Source: an uncultured Dehalococcoidales bacterium
GTDB lineage: Bacteria > Chloroflexota > Dehalococcoidia > Dehalococcoidales > E44-bin46
DNA: 64,000 nt
NCBI GenBank assembly: GCA_964627215.1
Contig: CAZVIZ010000001.1
Location: 6,635 to 70,634, forward strand
Direction of reading: 5' to 3'
In this document: piece by piece, positions 1 to 8,549 of the stretch
Layout: each line of letters opens with the position of its first letter
Numbering within the stretch: position 1 is the first letter of the stretch
Program-made: the position numbers and the translations under genes
Notes under the pieces: model-generated
Seen by the model: the letters and a program-made list of their open reading frames with translations, nothing else
Database searches by the model: none
What the model was told of the DNA's origin: nothing

Positions 1-733
1 GGGGGACGAAGTTCATCACCCTTATCTGGTGAGCCCCCATGCGATGCATCTCCTCTATGGAGCAGGCTATGTCTTCCAGGGTTTCGCCCACCCCGGATAG
101 TATGCCTTCCTCTATCAGCACGCCCAACTGGGCGACCTTGTACTTCCGATTGAGTCTCTCATCGTAGCGCTGGTTCAGGCGGAGCTGATGGTAGAGCTTG
201 CGGTTGTGCGTCTCCTGGTAGCAGGCATACCACTCAACCCCGGTCTCAAAAAGCTCCTTGAGCACTGCGTCCGGCATTACGCCGGCGGATATCATCATGG
301 GCAGCGCTATATCCCGCCTGACCTGCTTCACCAGCTCCAGCAGGGGGGCGAAGCCGTCCTCCTTGCGGTAGAAGTAGGGGTCTTCGCCCATGGTCAGGTC
401 TAGGAGGTGGACGCCGGATTGGGCCAGCTCCTGGGCCGCGGCCATCACCTGCTCGGGCGTCTTGCGGTAACGCTCGCACAAGCGGTTTGAGCGGCGGTAG
501 GAGCAGAAGGCACAGTCGTTGCGACACCAGGTGGAGAAATACAGGAACCCATACAGGAACACGGCATCGCCGAAATGACGATGCCTTATGCTCCTCGCCG
601 TTTCAAAGAGGCGCTCTATATCTTCGCGACTCTCAAGGCTGAGTAAATGAAGTATCTCCTCCCGGCTCAATCGCTCTTCGGCATATGCTTTATCCAGTAT
701 CTCCTCTAAGCGAGAACGGGAGCTTTGACTCAT
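1..733 (-). CDS. pylB: Methylornithine synthase PylB (radical SAM), 3' end outside the window
   Basis: Manual translation from ATG 733, open to the window edge: FLYGFLYFSTWCRNDCAFCSYR (CxxxCxxC), GVHLLDLTMGED, WYACYQETHN, LIEEGILSGVGE, QIRVMNFVP, all PylB-like; pylS lies two genes upstream. Confidence 0.93.
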   Translation of the reverse strand, partial: MSQSSRSRLEEILDKAYAEERLSREEILHLLSLESREDIERLFETARSIRHRHFGDAVFLYGFLYFSTWCRNDCAFCSYRRSNRLCERYRKTPEQVMAAAQELAQSGVHLLDLTMGEDPYFYRKEDGFAPLLELVKQVRRDIALPMMISAGVMPDAVLKELFETGVEWYACYQETHNRKLYHQLRLNQRYDERLNRKYKVAQLGVLIEEGILSGVGETLEDIACSIEEMHRMGAHQIRVMNFVP

Positions 734-756
734 CACGGTATTCTTTTCTGCTCTGG

Positions 757-1398
757 TTATGACGTCAGTTCTTTTATCTTGTTTACGCCGTCCACTGCGC
801 TCTCGGCGTATGCGCTGGCACCTATGCGGTCGGCCCAGGGCTGGCTTACCGGTGCTCCACCGACGATGGTCTTGACGTCCATCCCGGCCTCGTTGAGCAT
901 ATCGATAAGTACCTTCTGGTTCTCCATAGTGGTGGTCAGCAGCGCGCTGGCTCCGACAACGTCGGCGTTAACTTCCTTGACCTTGTCTATGAATTTCTGC
1001 ATGGGCACGTCCCTGCCTATGTCATGAACCTCAAAGCCGTTGGCCATTAAGAACGATACTACAATGGATTTGCCGATGTCATGGACGTCGCCTTCTACGG
1101 TGCCGATGACGACGACCTTCTTCTTGGCCTCGCTCTCGCCCTTGGGCAGTGCGGCCTGACAGGCGGAGGAGCCGGCCTTCATAGCCTCGGCGGCCAGCAT
1201 GAGCTCGGGGAGGAATATCCTGCCCTTGTCGAACATATCGCCGACCTCGGTGATGCCGATGACGAAACCTTCATTAATTAGCAGAGCGGGGTCAACGCCG
1301 GCGTCGATCCCTTCCTTGGCTATGGCCTCTGCTGCGGCCTTGTCATAGTCAATGATAGCCTTCTTCGCCTTCTCTAAAATCGCTTTCTGGTCTGCCAT
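757..1398 (-). CDS. Methyltransferase cognate corrinoid protein (MtmC/MtbC/MttC family)
   Basis: B12 cap domain (FLPELMLAAEAM) plus DxHxxG motif GTVEGDVHDIGK, SALLTTTM and GGAP; AGGAGG RBS. Confidence 0.92.
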   Translation of the reverse strand: MADQKAILEKAKKAIIDYDKAAAEAIAKEGIDAGVDPALLINEGFVIGITEVGDMFDKGRIFLPELMLAAEAMKAGSSACQAALPKGESEAKKKVVVIGTVEGDVHDIGKSIVVSFLMANGFEVHDIGRDVPMQKFIDKVKEVNADVVGASALLTTTMENQKVLIDMLNEAGMDVKTIVGGAPVSQPWADRIGASAYAESAVDGVNKIKELTS

Positions 1399-1521
1399 TT
1401 AGTATAAACCCTCCTTTGCTGTTTTTGTATTCCACCACCACTCCCAGCACTAGCTTATCAGTAAACCGACCTTGGTGCTGTTTTTATGCCATAAGGTTTT
1501 CCCTCCTTAGAACCTTAAAGG

Positions 1522-2361
1522 TTATATGTTCAACCTGACTCCATCTAGGTATATGAGGCTTCTCGCCGTGCGCTGAATATTCTTATAGCCCTGCTTTATC
1601 ATCGCCAGTCTCTCCAACCCCATGCCTATGCCTACCCAGGGGTCGAATATACTCCAAGCATCATCCAGTGGATGAGGTCCCATCGCGGCCGAGCACAGCT
1701 CCGTGCCGGATTGGGATAAGACGTCCGTTGTCTCCCCGTATACGTCGCAATGGTCACTCACCACGCGGTAGTTATCTATGCCCACTGTATTCATCACTAT
1801 GCCGATAAGCTCCGTTAGCCGTTCCTTCCGGGACTCCAGAGGCAGGCCCATCTCCACCAGGTTCAGCATGGTGAACTCATTCAGGTGCTCACTGCCCTGG
1901 GTGTCCTTGCGGAAGCAGGGGCCCGCTTCGAAGATGCGTATAGGCTTGGGCCATAGGCGCCCCAGCCGCCTCATCATCTGGTATAGGTTAGGGGCCAGCA
2001 TGGGCCTTAAGCACTTGTTCTTTCCCTGCCAGAAGACCTGAGAGGTCAGAGGGCAGGAATCGGTGATGGTCATTTTCTCCAGGGAGTCCTTGGATATAAT
2101 GATGGGGGTGGAAACCTGTACAAAGCCCTCCTCCACAAGCCTGTCGGCGAGGGCACGCTCTATCTGGTACACGGAAGGACGGCGGTGGCTCAGGCGTAGG
2201 TCATTAGCGCGTTGCCTCTCCTCCTCCACCAGTTCCTTCTCCATCGCCTTGAAGCTCTCATCCCTCTCTTGGGCATCCTGGAATACCTTTTCCGCCCAAG
2301 TGATGTCAGCGTCCAACTCCCGCAGGCGTTGCTTCTGCGTCTCTGTTAAGCTAATGGACAT
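1522..2361 (-). CDS. pylS: Pyrrolysyl-tRNA synthetase catalytic subunit PylSc
   Basis: QRLREL N-terminus, SQVFW, LRPMLAPNLY, GPCFRK, HLNEFTMLNLVE, GLERL, YLDGVRLNI. Start moved to ATG 2361 because the longer track ORF runs through the promoter. Confidence 0.96.
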   Translation of the reverse strand: MSISLTETQKQRLRELDADITWAEKVFQDAQERDESFKAMEKELVEEERQRANDLRLSHRRPSVYQIERALADRLVEEGFVQVSTPIIISKDSLEKMTITDSCPLTSQVFWQGKNKCLRPMLAPNLYQMMRRLGRLWPKPIRIFEAGPCFRKDTQGSEHLNEFTMLNLVEMGLPLESRKERLTELIGIVMNTVGIDNYRVVSDHCDVYGETTDVLSQSGTELCSAAMGPHPLDDAWSIFDPWVGIGMGLERLAMIKQGYKNIQRTARSLIYLDGVRLNI

Positions 2362-2452
2362 AGCGATAAAACTCTTGTTATGGTTAGAGCCGAATCCCGA
2401 CCGGTGATTCCAAAAAAAGCAACACTTCCCCTTCCCGACAACATCCGCAGCA

Positions 2453-2481
2453 AGTATACCCCACCCCCTGTTAGCTGTCAA
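2453..2481 (-). promoter_or_regulatory. Sigma70-type promoter of the pyl operon
   Basis: TTGACA-N17-TATACT on the minus strand. Confidence 0.8.
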
Positions 2482-2530
2482 GATAACCCACCGGTGCAGC
2501 ATATGGGGCTGTGACGGCCTTGAAAAGACA

Positions 2531-2605
2531 TGGAGCGGAAGACGAGATTCGAACTCGCGACCTCCTCCTTGGCAAGGAGGCGTTCTACCGCTGAACTACT
2601 TCCGC
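2531..2605 (-). tRNA. tRNA-Gly(GCC)
   Basis: GCGGAAGTAGTTCAG...CTTGCCAAG...GTTCGAATC...CTTCCGCTCCA cloverleaf. Confidence 0.97.
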
Positions 2606-2619
2606 TCTTCTTAATCCTA

Positions 2620-2707
2620 TGGTGCCGGAGGGGAGATTTGAACTCCCACGCCCTTACGGGCACTAGCCCCTCAAGCTAGCGCGTCTACCAGCTTCCGCCA
2701 CCCCGGC
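2620..2707 (-). tRNA. tRNA-Leu(GAG)
   Basis: GCCGGGGTGGCGGAA...CTAGCTTGAGGGGCTAG, long variable arm, CCA end. Confidence 0.96.
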
Positions 2708-2712
2708 ATGAC

Positions 2713-2788
2713 TGGCAGGAGTGGGAGGACTCGAACCCCCGGCCTGCGGTTTTGGAGACCGCTGCTCTTCCAGCTGAGCTACACTCCT
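2713..2788 (-). tRNA. tRNA-Trp(CCA)
   Basis: AGGAGTGTAGCTCAG...GCGGTCTCCAAAACCGC...CCTGCCA. Confidence 0.97.
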
Positions 2789-2893
2789 ACCTGGATAATC
2801 ATTCTACCACAATTCGGGGGCAAAAATCAGGGGAGTTGCTGCGGCTCTATATCAACGGGTTTATGGCGTAATACTTTTGGTGTGTGGCGGGTT

Positions 2894-3802
2894 TTAGGAC
2901 ATTATAGACTTGGCATTAGCCCCTAGTATGTTTGCCTTGTCCTTTGGATGTATGTCCAGGCCCTCTATGGCGGCCACAGATGCTGCTATGTCGGGGTTGC
3001 CGGGGTAGTCGCTGCCCCACAGCACATGCTCCGCCCCCACCATATCCAGGGTGCACATAAGGGCATGGGGGGAGGTGGCGCCGCTGGTGTCCACGTATAT
3101 CTGCTTCAGGTACTGGCTGGGTAGGCCTTGGAGGTCCTCGGTGAAGTTCCGCCCTCTGAGCATCTTATATACGCTGTCAAACCTCTCTTTGATGAAGGGC
3201 ATCACCCCGCCGAAGTGAGCGAAGACGAATTTCAAGCCGGGGTGTTTCCTGAACACGCCGCCGGTAATAAGCCTGCCGATGCACATTGTGGTATCGAAGA
3301 CGAACTCTATCACCGGCGTTAGCAGGGGGTGATCCACCCTCTCCAGGCCGATGGGGCCGATGGTCTGGGGGTGGACGAAGATGGGTATGTCTTCCCTCTC
3401 CGCCCTCTGGTATAGGGATTCGAACAGGTCGTCGTCCAGGTAGATCCCCTCGAAGCTGGTGGCCAGGGATATAGCCTTGAAGCCCAGGGCCTCGGTGGCG
3501 CGCTGGAACTCCTCCGCCATGCTTTGAGGGTCGTCCAGAGGCAGTATGGCGGCGCCGACGAACCTGCCGGGGTATCGGGTCACCACGTCGGCTATGGCAT
3601 CGTTATAGACTTGCGCCACCTCTTTGGAGCCGCCCATCTGGCGGTAGGCGTCGCTGGTGGGGTAGAGCAGCAGGGCTTTATCTATGTTAAAGCGGTCCAT
3701 AAGCCCCAACTGTCCTTCTATATCTCCCCAGGCGGGGGAGAAGAAGTGCGCCTTGTCTATAATATCCTTGGGTAGCCAGTGGCTGTGTGCGTCGAACATC
3801 AC
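2894..3802 (-). CDS. Amidohydrolase_2 family protein (ACMSD/aromatic acid decarboxylase-like)
   Basis: DAHSH, FVHP, AHFGG and WGSDYP metal-binding motifs; last gene of the PKS operon. Confidence 0.85.
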   Translation of the reverse strand: MMFDAHSHWLPKDIIDKAHFFSPAWGDIEGQLGLMDRFNIDKALLLYPTSDAYRQMGGSKEVAQVYNDAIADVVTRYPGRFVGAAILPLDDPQSMAEEFQRATEALGFKAISLATSFEGIYLDDDLFESLYQRAEREDIPIFVHPQTIGPIGLERVDHPLLTPVIEFVFDTTMCIGRLITGGVFRKHPGLKFVFAHFGGVMPFIKERFDSVYKMLRGRNFTEDLQGLPSQYLKQIYVDTSGATSPHALMCTLDMVGAEHVLWGSDYPGNPDIAASVAAIEGLDIHPKDKANILGANAKSIMS

Positions 3803-4572
3803 TTCTCCGGGTGGGCTTGCTTGTAGGGGATTATGGGCTTGGTCCAGGGGGTGCGCTGGTTGATGACCGATATCTCCAGGGGGCAGACGTTGGCCGGCAC
3901 GGTGAGGGCGAACTTGACCGCATCGGCTATGGTGGTGCCCTTCATGAGGCGCTCCTTGTCCACCGATATCGCCTCAAGTCCTCCGGTGAGGGCGGTGTCA
4001 GTGACGCCGGGCATTATGGAGGTAACCTTGACGCCCGTGTCGCGTATCTCCCAGAAGAGCCCCTTGCCGAAGGACCTTAGTGCCCGCTTTAAGGAGGAAT
4101 ATACTATGAAGCCGCGGGGTGGAGGGTCAACTATTGTGGAGCCGGAGGTGATGTTTACCACCGTCCCCGCCTTGTTCTCAATGAAGTGGTTTATGATAAG
4201 CCTGGTGAGCATAACCGGGCCCAGGTAGTTGGTGGCCATCAGCTTGGGGATGTCCTGGGGGGGCTGCTCGTTGAAGGGGTGCTGGGAGCTTACTCCAGCG
4301 CTGTTTATGAGGGCGTCTATCCTGCCGAAGTGCTCTATGGCCTTGTTTACTAGATCCTCCAGGTCCTCCTGCTTGGTTACGTCGCAGGGGACGGGGAGTA
4401 TATCCACCTTGTGCTTATCTGCCAGGGAGTGCGCTACCTCGTTCAGTTTGTATGTCCCCCGCGCCGCCAGTGCCAGGTTCATTCCCTCCGCCGCAAGCGC
4501 TGTGGCTATGGCGTTGCCAATGCCCCTGGAGGCGCCGGTTACTATGGCGGTCTTGCCCTTTAGTTCGCTCAT
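3799..4572 (-). CDS. SDR oxidoreductase, putative polyketide ketoreductase
   Basis: TGASRGIG, NSAG and YSSLK (YxxxK); ketoreductase role inferred from context. Confidence 0.85.
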   Translation of the reverse strand: MSELKGKTAIVTGASRGIGNAIATALAAEGMNLALAARGTYKLNEVAHSLADKHKVDILPVPCDVTKQEDLEDLVNKAIEHFGRIDALINSAGVSSQHPFNEQPPQDIPKLMATNYLGPVMLTRLIINHFIENKAGTVVNITSGSTIVDPPPRGFIVYSSLKRALRSFGKGLFWEIRDTGVKVTSIMPGVTDTALTGGLEAISVDKERLMKGTTIADAVKFALTVPANVCPLEISVINQRTPWTKPIIPYKQAHPEK

Positions 4573-4576
4573 GGCC

Positions 4577-5020
4577 TTACCCCTTCTGGGCCTCTTTCTC
4601 TATAACCTCTTTAAATATCTTCATATTTTCCACGGAGTGCTTATTTATAAGCTCGGTGGCCTTGGCGTCATCAACCTTGGCGCCCTCGGCCATGGTGAAG
4701 AACTGTATCCAGGTCATTATCACACCTTCGGGGGTGGGGGTATAGAGCCAGATTAGCTTCATATACTGGAAGGGGAAGGTGGGCTCCATCTTCTGGGCAT
4801 AGGCGAAGTTGTAGTCCTTGAACAGCAGGCGGTATGACTGCCAGGAGGCGCCCTCGTTGTTGGTCAGCTGGAAGGTTAGCTTGTTGCCTTTCTTCTTCAC
4901 CACCTTGGCCTCGGTGTACTCGTCGCCGAAGAGCTCCGTCCAGCGCTCTATGTCGTTGGAGATGTCGAACACCAGGTCGTAGGGTGCGTTAATCACTATA
5001 GAATTTACTGTCTGCGCCAT
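4577..5020 (-). CDS. SRPBCC polyketide aromatase/cyclase (TcmN/WhiE-VI-like, monodomain)
   Basis: NSIVINAPYDLVFDISND..WTELF..EY, WQSYR, PFQYMKLIWLY, MTWIQFF. Confidence 0.88.
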   Translation of the reverse strand: MAQTVNSIVINAPYDLVFDISNDIERWTELFGDEYTEAKVVKKKGNKLTFQLTNNEGASWQSYRLLFKDYNFAYAQKMEPTFPFQYMKLIWLYTPTPEGVIMTWIQFFTMAEGAKVDDAKATELINKHSVENMKIFKEVIEKEAQKG

Positions 5021-5033
5021 TATTCCTCCTTGC

Positions 5034-5840
5034 TTAATCCAGAATAGCTACCACCCGCGCCCAGGCGGCGCCGGCGTTTTTTATCTTAACCGGGAAACAG
5101 GCTATCTTGAAGCCGTGGGGTTTAGGTATCTTATCCAGGTTGGCCAGTCTCTCCATATGGCAGTACTCCTTCTTCCTGCCATAGAAGTGCGCCGGCCACA
5201 GGTGGCCGGAGTCCCTGTCCTTCAGGTAGTCCTTCACCATGGCGGGTAGGGGGCGATCCAGGCTGAAGGTGTCTATGCCGATTACCCTGACCCCCTGTTC
5301 GGTTAGATATGCCACCGCTTCCGGGCTCATGGCGGGGAAGCGGACGTAGTACTCGCGCTTACCCCAAAGTTTATCGGTGCCGGTATATATGAGGACGATA
5401 TCGGCGGGCTTTATGGTGTAGTTGATTTTCTCCAGGGCCTTTTTTATGTCTGCGTTGGTGATGGCCTGGCCGGGCTTTTTATGGGATAGGTCCAGCACCA
5501 CGCCGTCTGCGTAGCACCAATCCAGGGGCACGTCCTCTATCTTCATGGCCGCCTTGCCCTCGCACGAGGGGCCGTAGTGGTAGGGGGCGTCCATATGGGT
5601 GCCGCTGTGGACGGTGGCCGTTACCCACTCCAGGGAGAGGAACAGGCCGTCCTTGAAGCTGTCCTTGTCTATTCGCTCCTTGCCTAAAGCGCGCTTTATA
5701 ATGCCCTTTATGCCCTGAGACTTAGCCCAAAGCCTGCCCAGCTTGTCGCCGCCACTGCGGTGCTCCCAGCGCGTTATTTTTATGGGGTGGGTCTCCGGGG
5801 CGGCGTCGTCCAGGGGCAGGCTGAGGTCTATGATGTTCAC
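5034..5840 (-). CDS. Cyclase family protein (DpsY/OxyN-like, kynurenine formamidase fold)
   Basis: IIDLS N-terminus, HSGTHMDAPYH, GIDTFSLD, ERLANL and WARVVA. Confidence 0.88.
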   Translation of the reverse strand: MNIIDLSLPLDDAAPETHPIKITRWEHRSGGDKLGRLWAKSQGIKGIIKRALGKERIDKDSFKDGLFLSLEWVTATVHSGTHMDAPYHYGPSCEGKAAMKIEDVPLDWCYADGVVLDLSHKKPGQAITNADIKKALEKINYTIKPADIVLIYTGTDKLWGKREYYVRFPAMSPEAVAYLTEQGVRVIGIDTFSLDRPLPAMVKDYLKDRDSGHLWPAHFYGRKKEYCHMERLANLDKIPKPHGFKIACFPVKIKNAGAAWARVVAILD

Positions 5841-6076
5841 TTTGCCAGCCTGTCTTCCACTACCTTGAGCACATCGCCAATGCTGCCCCCTGTGGAGATA
5901 GTGCCGTCGCCTATCTTGATGTTGAACTCCTTTTCCAGAGCTATAACCAGCTCCACCACCTCCAGGGAGTCCATCTCCAGGTCTTTCTTAAGGTTGGCCT
6001 GGGGGGTTATTTCCCCCGGCTTCATGTCGAAGGCCTCCACCAGAATCGCCTTTATCTTTTCCTCAACATTAGCCAC
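5837..6076 (-). CDS. Acyl carrier protein
   Basis: 79 aa, acidic, with the DLEMDSLEVVEL phosphopantetheine attachment motif. Confidence 0.93.
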   Translation of the reverse strand: MANVEEKIKAILVEAFDMKPGEITPQANLKKDLEMDSLEVVELVIALEKEFNIKIGDGTISTGGSIGDVLKVVEDRLAK

Positions 6077-6081
6077 GGCTT

Positions 6082-7290
6082 CTAGCTCCTTTCTACAGCC
6101 AAAACAGCGTTTATGCCCCCGCGTCCGCGGGAGATTATAATTGCCTTGCGTATATCAGCTTCACGAGCCTCGTTGGGCACACAGTCCAGGTCGCATTCGG
6201 GGTCATCTGTTTTGTGGTTTATGGTGGGGGGAATGATGCCGTTGCGCATCGCCAGCAGGGTGGTGATGACGTCCACCGCTCCCGATGCCCCCAGCATGTG
6301 TCCGAACATGGACTTGGGGGCGCTCACGGGTATGTTGCGCTTGCTGCCGAAGACCTCCTTTATGGCCCTGGCCTCGCTCAAGTCTCCTATGCGGGTGGCT
6401 ATGCCGTCGGCGCAGACGTAGTCTATATCCTCTGGCTTATAGCCGGCCATTTTAAGGGCGGCTCTTATTGTATCGGCCAGCTCTTTGCCTGTGGGGTTGG
6501 GGGTGATGCGGTGCGCCCCGTCGCAGGTGGAGCTGTAGCCGGTGATGAAGCCGTATATATCCGTGCCTCTCTTGAGCGCGTTCTCCTCGCTCTCCAGCGT
6601 GATAAGCCCCGCCCCCTCGCTGACCACGAAGCCGTCCCTGTCTTTATCAAAGGGGCGGTAGGGCCCGTGAGAGATGGAGCCCTCAGTGGAGCAGCACAGT
6701 AGTGCATAGGGGCTTATGGGCGCCTCCGTGCCGCCGGCCAGAGCGATGCTTATCTTCTTCTGGTCCACCACGTTTGCGGCGTATCCTATGGCCATCAACG
6801 CGCTGGCCTTATCGGATATCATCGTCTTGCTGTATCCCTTTATGCCGTATAGTATGGATATCTGTCCCTGGGGAGCGGCGGGGAACCAGGCGCTGGCCAT
6901 ATAGGGGCTTACTCCCTGCCTGCCTTCCACGTACAGGTCTCTGAGTTCGGTCTCGGCATACAGCCAACCACCCAGGGCGTTGCCCAGGAAGACGCCCACG
7001 TTGTAGGGGTCCTCTTTATCCAGGTCTATGGCGGCGTCCTTTATGGCGTGGTCGGTGGCGATGAGGCTGAATACGGAGAAGCTGTCCATCTTCTTCAAAA
7101 GGCGGAAGGACAGGCTGCCGGTGTCCAGGTCCTCCACCTGACCGGCTATCTGCGAGGGGTAGAGAGAGGCGTCGAAGCGGGTGATGGGAGAGACGAAGGA
7201 CTTGCCCTGCTTGACACCATTCCAGAAGGCCTCTTTACCCACTCCCGGTGGGGCGACTATGCCTAATCCGCTTATAGCTACTCTGTTCAC
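6082..7290 (-). CDS. Type II PKS chain-length factor (KS-beta)
   Basis: KS fold without the catalytic Cys (ISDKASA); SPYMASAWFPAAPQGQISI, YRPFD and CADG are CLF-like. GTG 7290 overlaps the KS stop (GTGA) and has a GGAG RBS. Ends in TAG. Confidence 0.88.
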   Translation of the reverse strand: MNRVAISGLGIVAPPGVGKEAFWNGVKQGKSFVSPITRFDASLYPSQIAGQVEDLDTGSLSFRLLKKMDSFSVFSLIATDHAIKDAAIDLDKEDPYNVGVFLGNALGGWLYAETELRDLYVEGRQGVSPYMASAWFPAAPQGQISILYGIKGYSKTMISDKASALMAIGYAANVVDQKKISIALAGGTEAPISPYALLCCSTEGSISHGPYRPFDKDRDGFVVSEGAGLITLESEENALKRGTDIYGFITGYSSTCDGAHRITPNPTGKELADTIRAALKMAGYKPEDIDYVCADGIATRIGDLSEARAIKEVFGSKRNIPVSAPKSMFGHMLGASGAVDVITTLLAMRNGIIPPTINHKTDDPECDLDCVPNEAREADIRKAIIISRGRGGINAVLAVERS

Positions 7291-8549
7291 TGTGGGCTCC
7301 ACCTGCTGAGCGTCATAGAGGAGTGGATGCCGGAAAAGCCGCTGCTGGTCTTTATCATATGGTCCACGTGTTTCTCCCTAGCCTTGTTAGGTATGTAGTC
7401 CAGGTCGCATTGGGGGTCGGGGACCTCCTGGTTTATGGTGGGGGGTAGGACGTCGTTTTCAAATATCAGGGCGTCGGCCACTAGCTCTATGCTGTTTGCG
7501 GCAGCCAGGGGGTGGCCTATCATGGATTTCAGTGAGCTTACGGGGACATCATATGCCCTCTTGCCGAGGACCTTCTTGTACCCGTTGGTCTCAAACACGT
7601 CGTTCTGCCTGGTTGAGCTGCCGTGGGCGTTTACGTAGTCTATCAGGTCGGGGTTCATATCGGCGTCCTTCAGCGCCAGCCTCATGGATACGGCCATCTC
7701 CTCGCCCTCGGAGGGCAGATCGGTCATATGGAAGGCGTTGTTGCAGGTGCCGAAGCCGGTTATCTCACAGTAGATATGGGCGCCGCGCTTAAGGGCGTGG
7801 GTTAGCTCCTCCACCACCAGTATGCCGCATCCCTCGGAGAGGACGAAGCCGTCTCTGGCTCCATCGAAGGGGCGAGATGCCTTTTCCGGCTCGTCGTTCC
7901 TCGTGGAGAGGACGTTTATCACGTCGAAGGCGGCAAAGGTTATGGGGCACAGCGGTGCCTCGGAGGCGCCGGTTATCATCACGTCTGCCTCTCCGTGCTG
8001 TATAAGCTCAAAGGAGTAGCCCACGGCGTCAGTGCCCGCGGTGCACCCTGTAGAGACGGTGGTGCATATGCCCTTGAAGCCCTGCTTGGCGGCTATCTCG
8101 CTGGAGGGGGTGTTGAACATAGAGGCGTCATAGAGGTGAGGTCTGGCCTTGCGGGGGTCTATGGGTTCCGTTCCGCCGTTGGTCACGCGCAGGAACTCCT
8201 CCTCCATATAGCGGGTGCCGCAGATGGCGTTGGCCAGGGAGACGCCGACGCGGCTGCGATCCACGCCGTTCAGGTGGAGCTTGGAGTCCTCCATGGCCTC
8301 ATGGGACGCGGCCACGGCGAATTGAACATAGCGGTCCATCCTCTCGGCATCCTCAGCGGTGAGGCCGTGAGACGCGGGGTCGAAGTCCGTTACCTGGGCT
8401 GCTATCTGAGAGTGGAACTGGGATACGTCAAAATCCTCAACCCTCTTAACGCCGGACCTGCCGCTGGACATGCCCTCCCAGAAGGCATCCTTGCCTATTC
8501 CATTGGGGGATATAACCCCCAGACCGGTTACGACCACTCTATTTTTCAT
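7287..8549 (-). CDS. Type II PKS ketosynthase (KS-alpha)
   Basis: Catalytic Cys in VSTGCTAGTDA, NAHGSST, KSMIGHP, DLDYIPN; immediately followed by CLF and ACP. Confidence 0.92.
   Translation of the reverse strand: MKNRVVVTGLGVISPNGIGKDAFWEGMSSGRSGVKRVEDFDVSQFHSQIAAQVTDFDPASHGLTAEDAERMDRYVQFAVAASHEAMEDSKLHLNGVDRSRVGVSLANAICGTRYMEEEFLRVTNGGTEPIDPRKARPHLYDASMFNTPSSEIAAKQGFKGICTTVSTGCTAGTDAVGYSFELIQHGEADVMITGASEAPLCPITFAAFDVINVLSTRNDEPEKASRPFDGARDGFVLSEGCGILVVEELTHALKRGAHIYCEITGFGTCNNAFHMTDLPSEGEEMAVSMRLALKDADMNPDLIDYVNAHGSSTRQNDVFETNGYKKVLGKRAYDVPVSSLKSMIGHPLAAANSIELVADALIFENDVLPPTINQEVPDPQCDLDYIPNKAREKHVDHMIKTSSGFSGIHSSMTLSRWSPQ

Noticed and set aside
188-527. Short track ORFs in the first 530 nt
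   Set aside because: They are shadows of pylB, which the track missed because its stop lies outside the window.
2381-2411. tRNA-Pyl (pylT) upstream of pylS
   Set aside because: CTCTAA is present, but no anticodon stem, T arm or acceptor stem can be formed.
2362-2502. N-terminal extension of PylS given in the ORF track
   Set aside because: It overlaps the promoter and does not resemble PylSn.
2478-2926. ORFs over the tRNA cluster
   Set aside because: They are translations of tRNA genes.
6076-6084. Pyl read-through fusing CLF to ACP
   Set aside because: The ACP is in a different frame, and read-through stops after about nine codons.
6082-8549. Two ordinary FabF genes
   Set aside because: The second lacks the catalytic Cys and has CLF motifs, and aromatase and cyclase genes follow.
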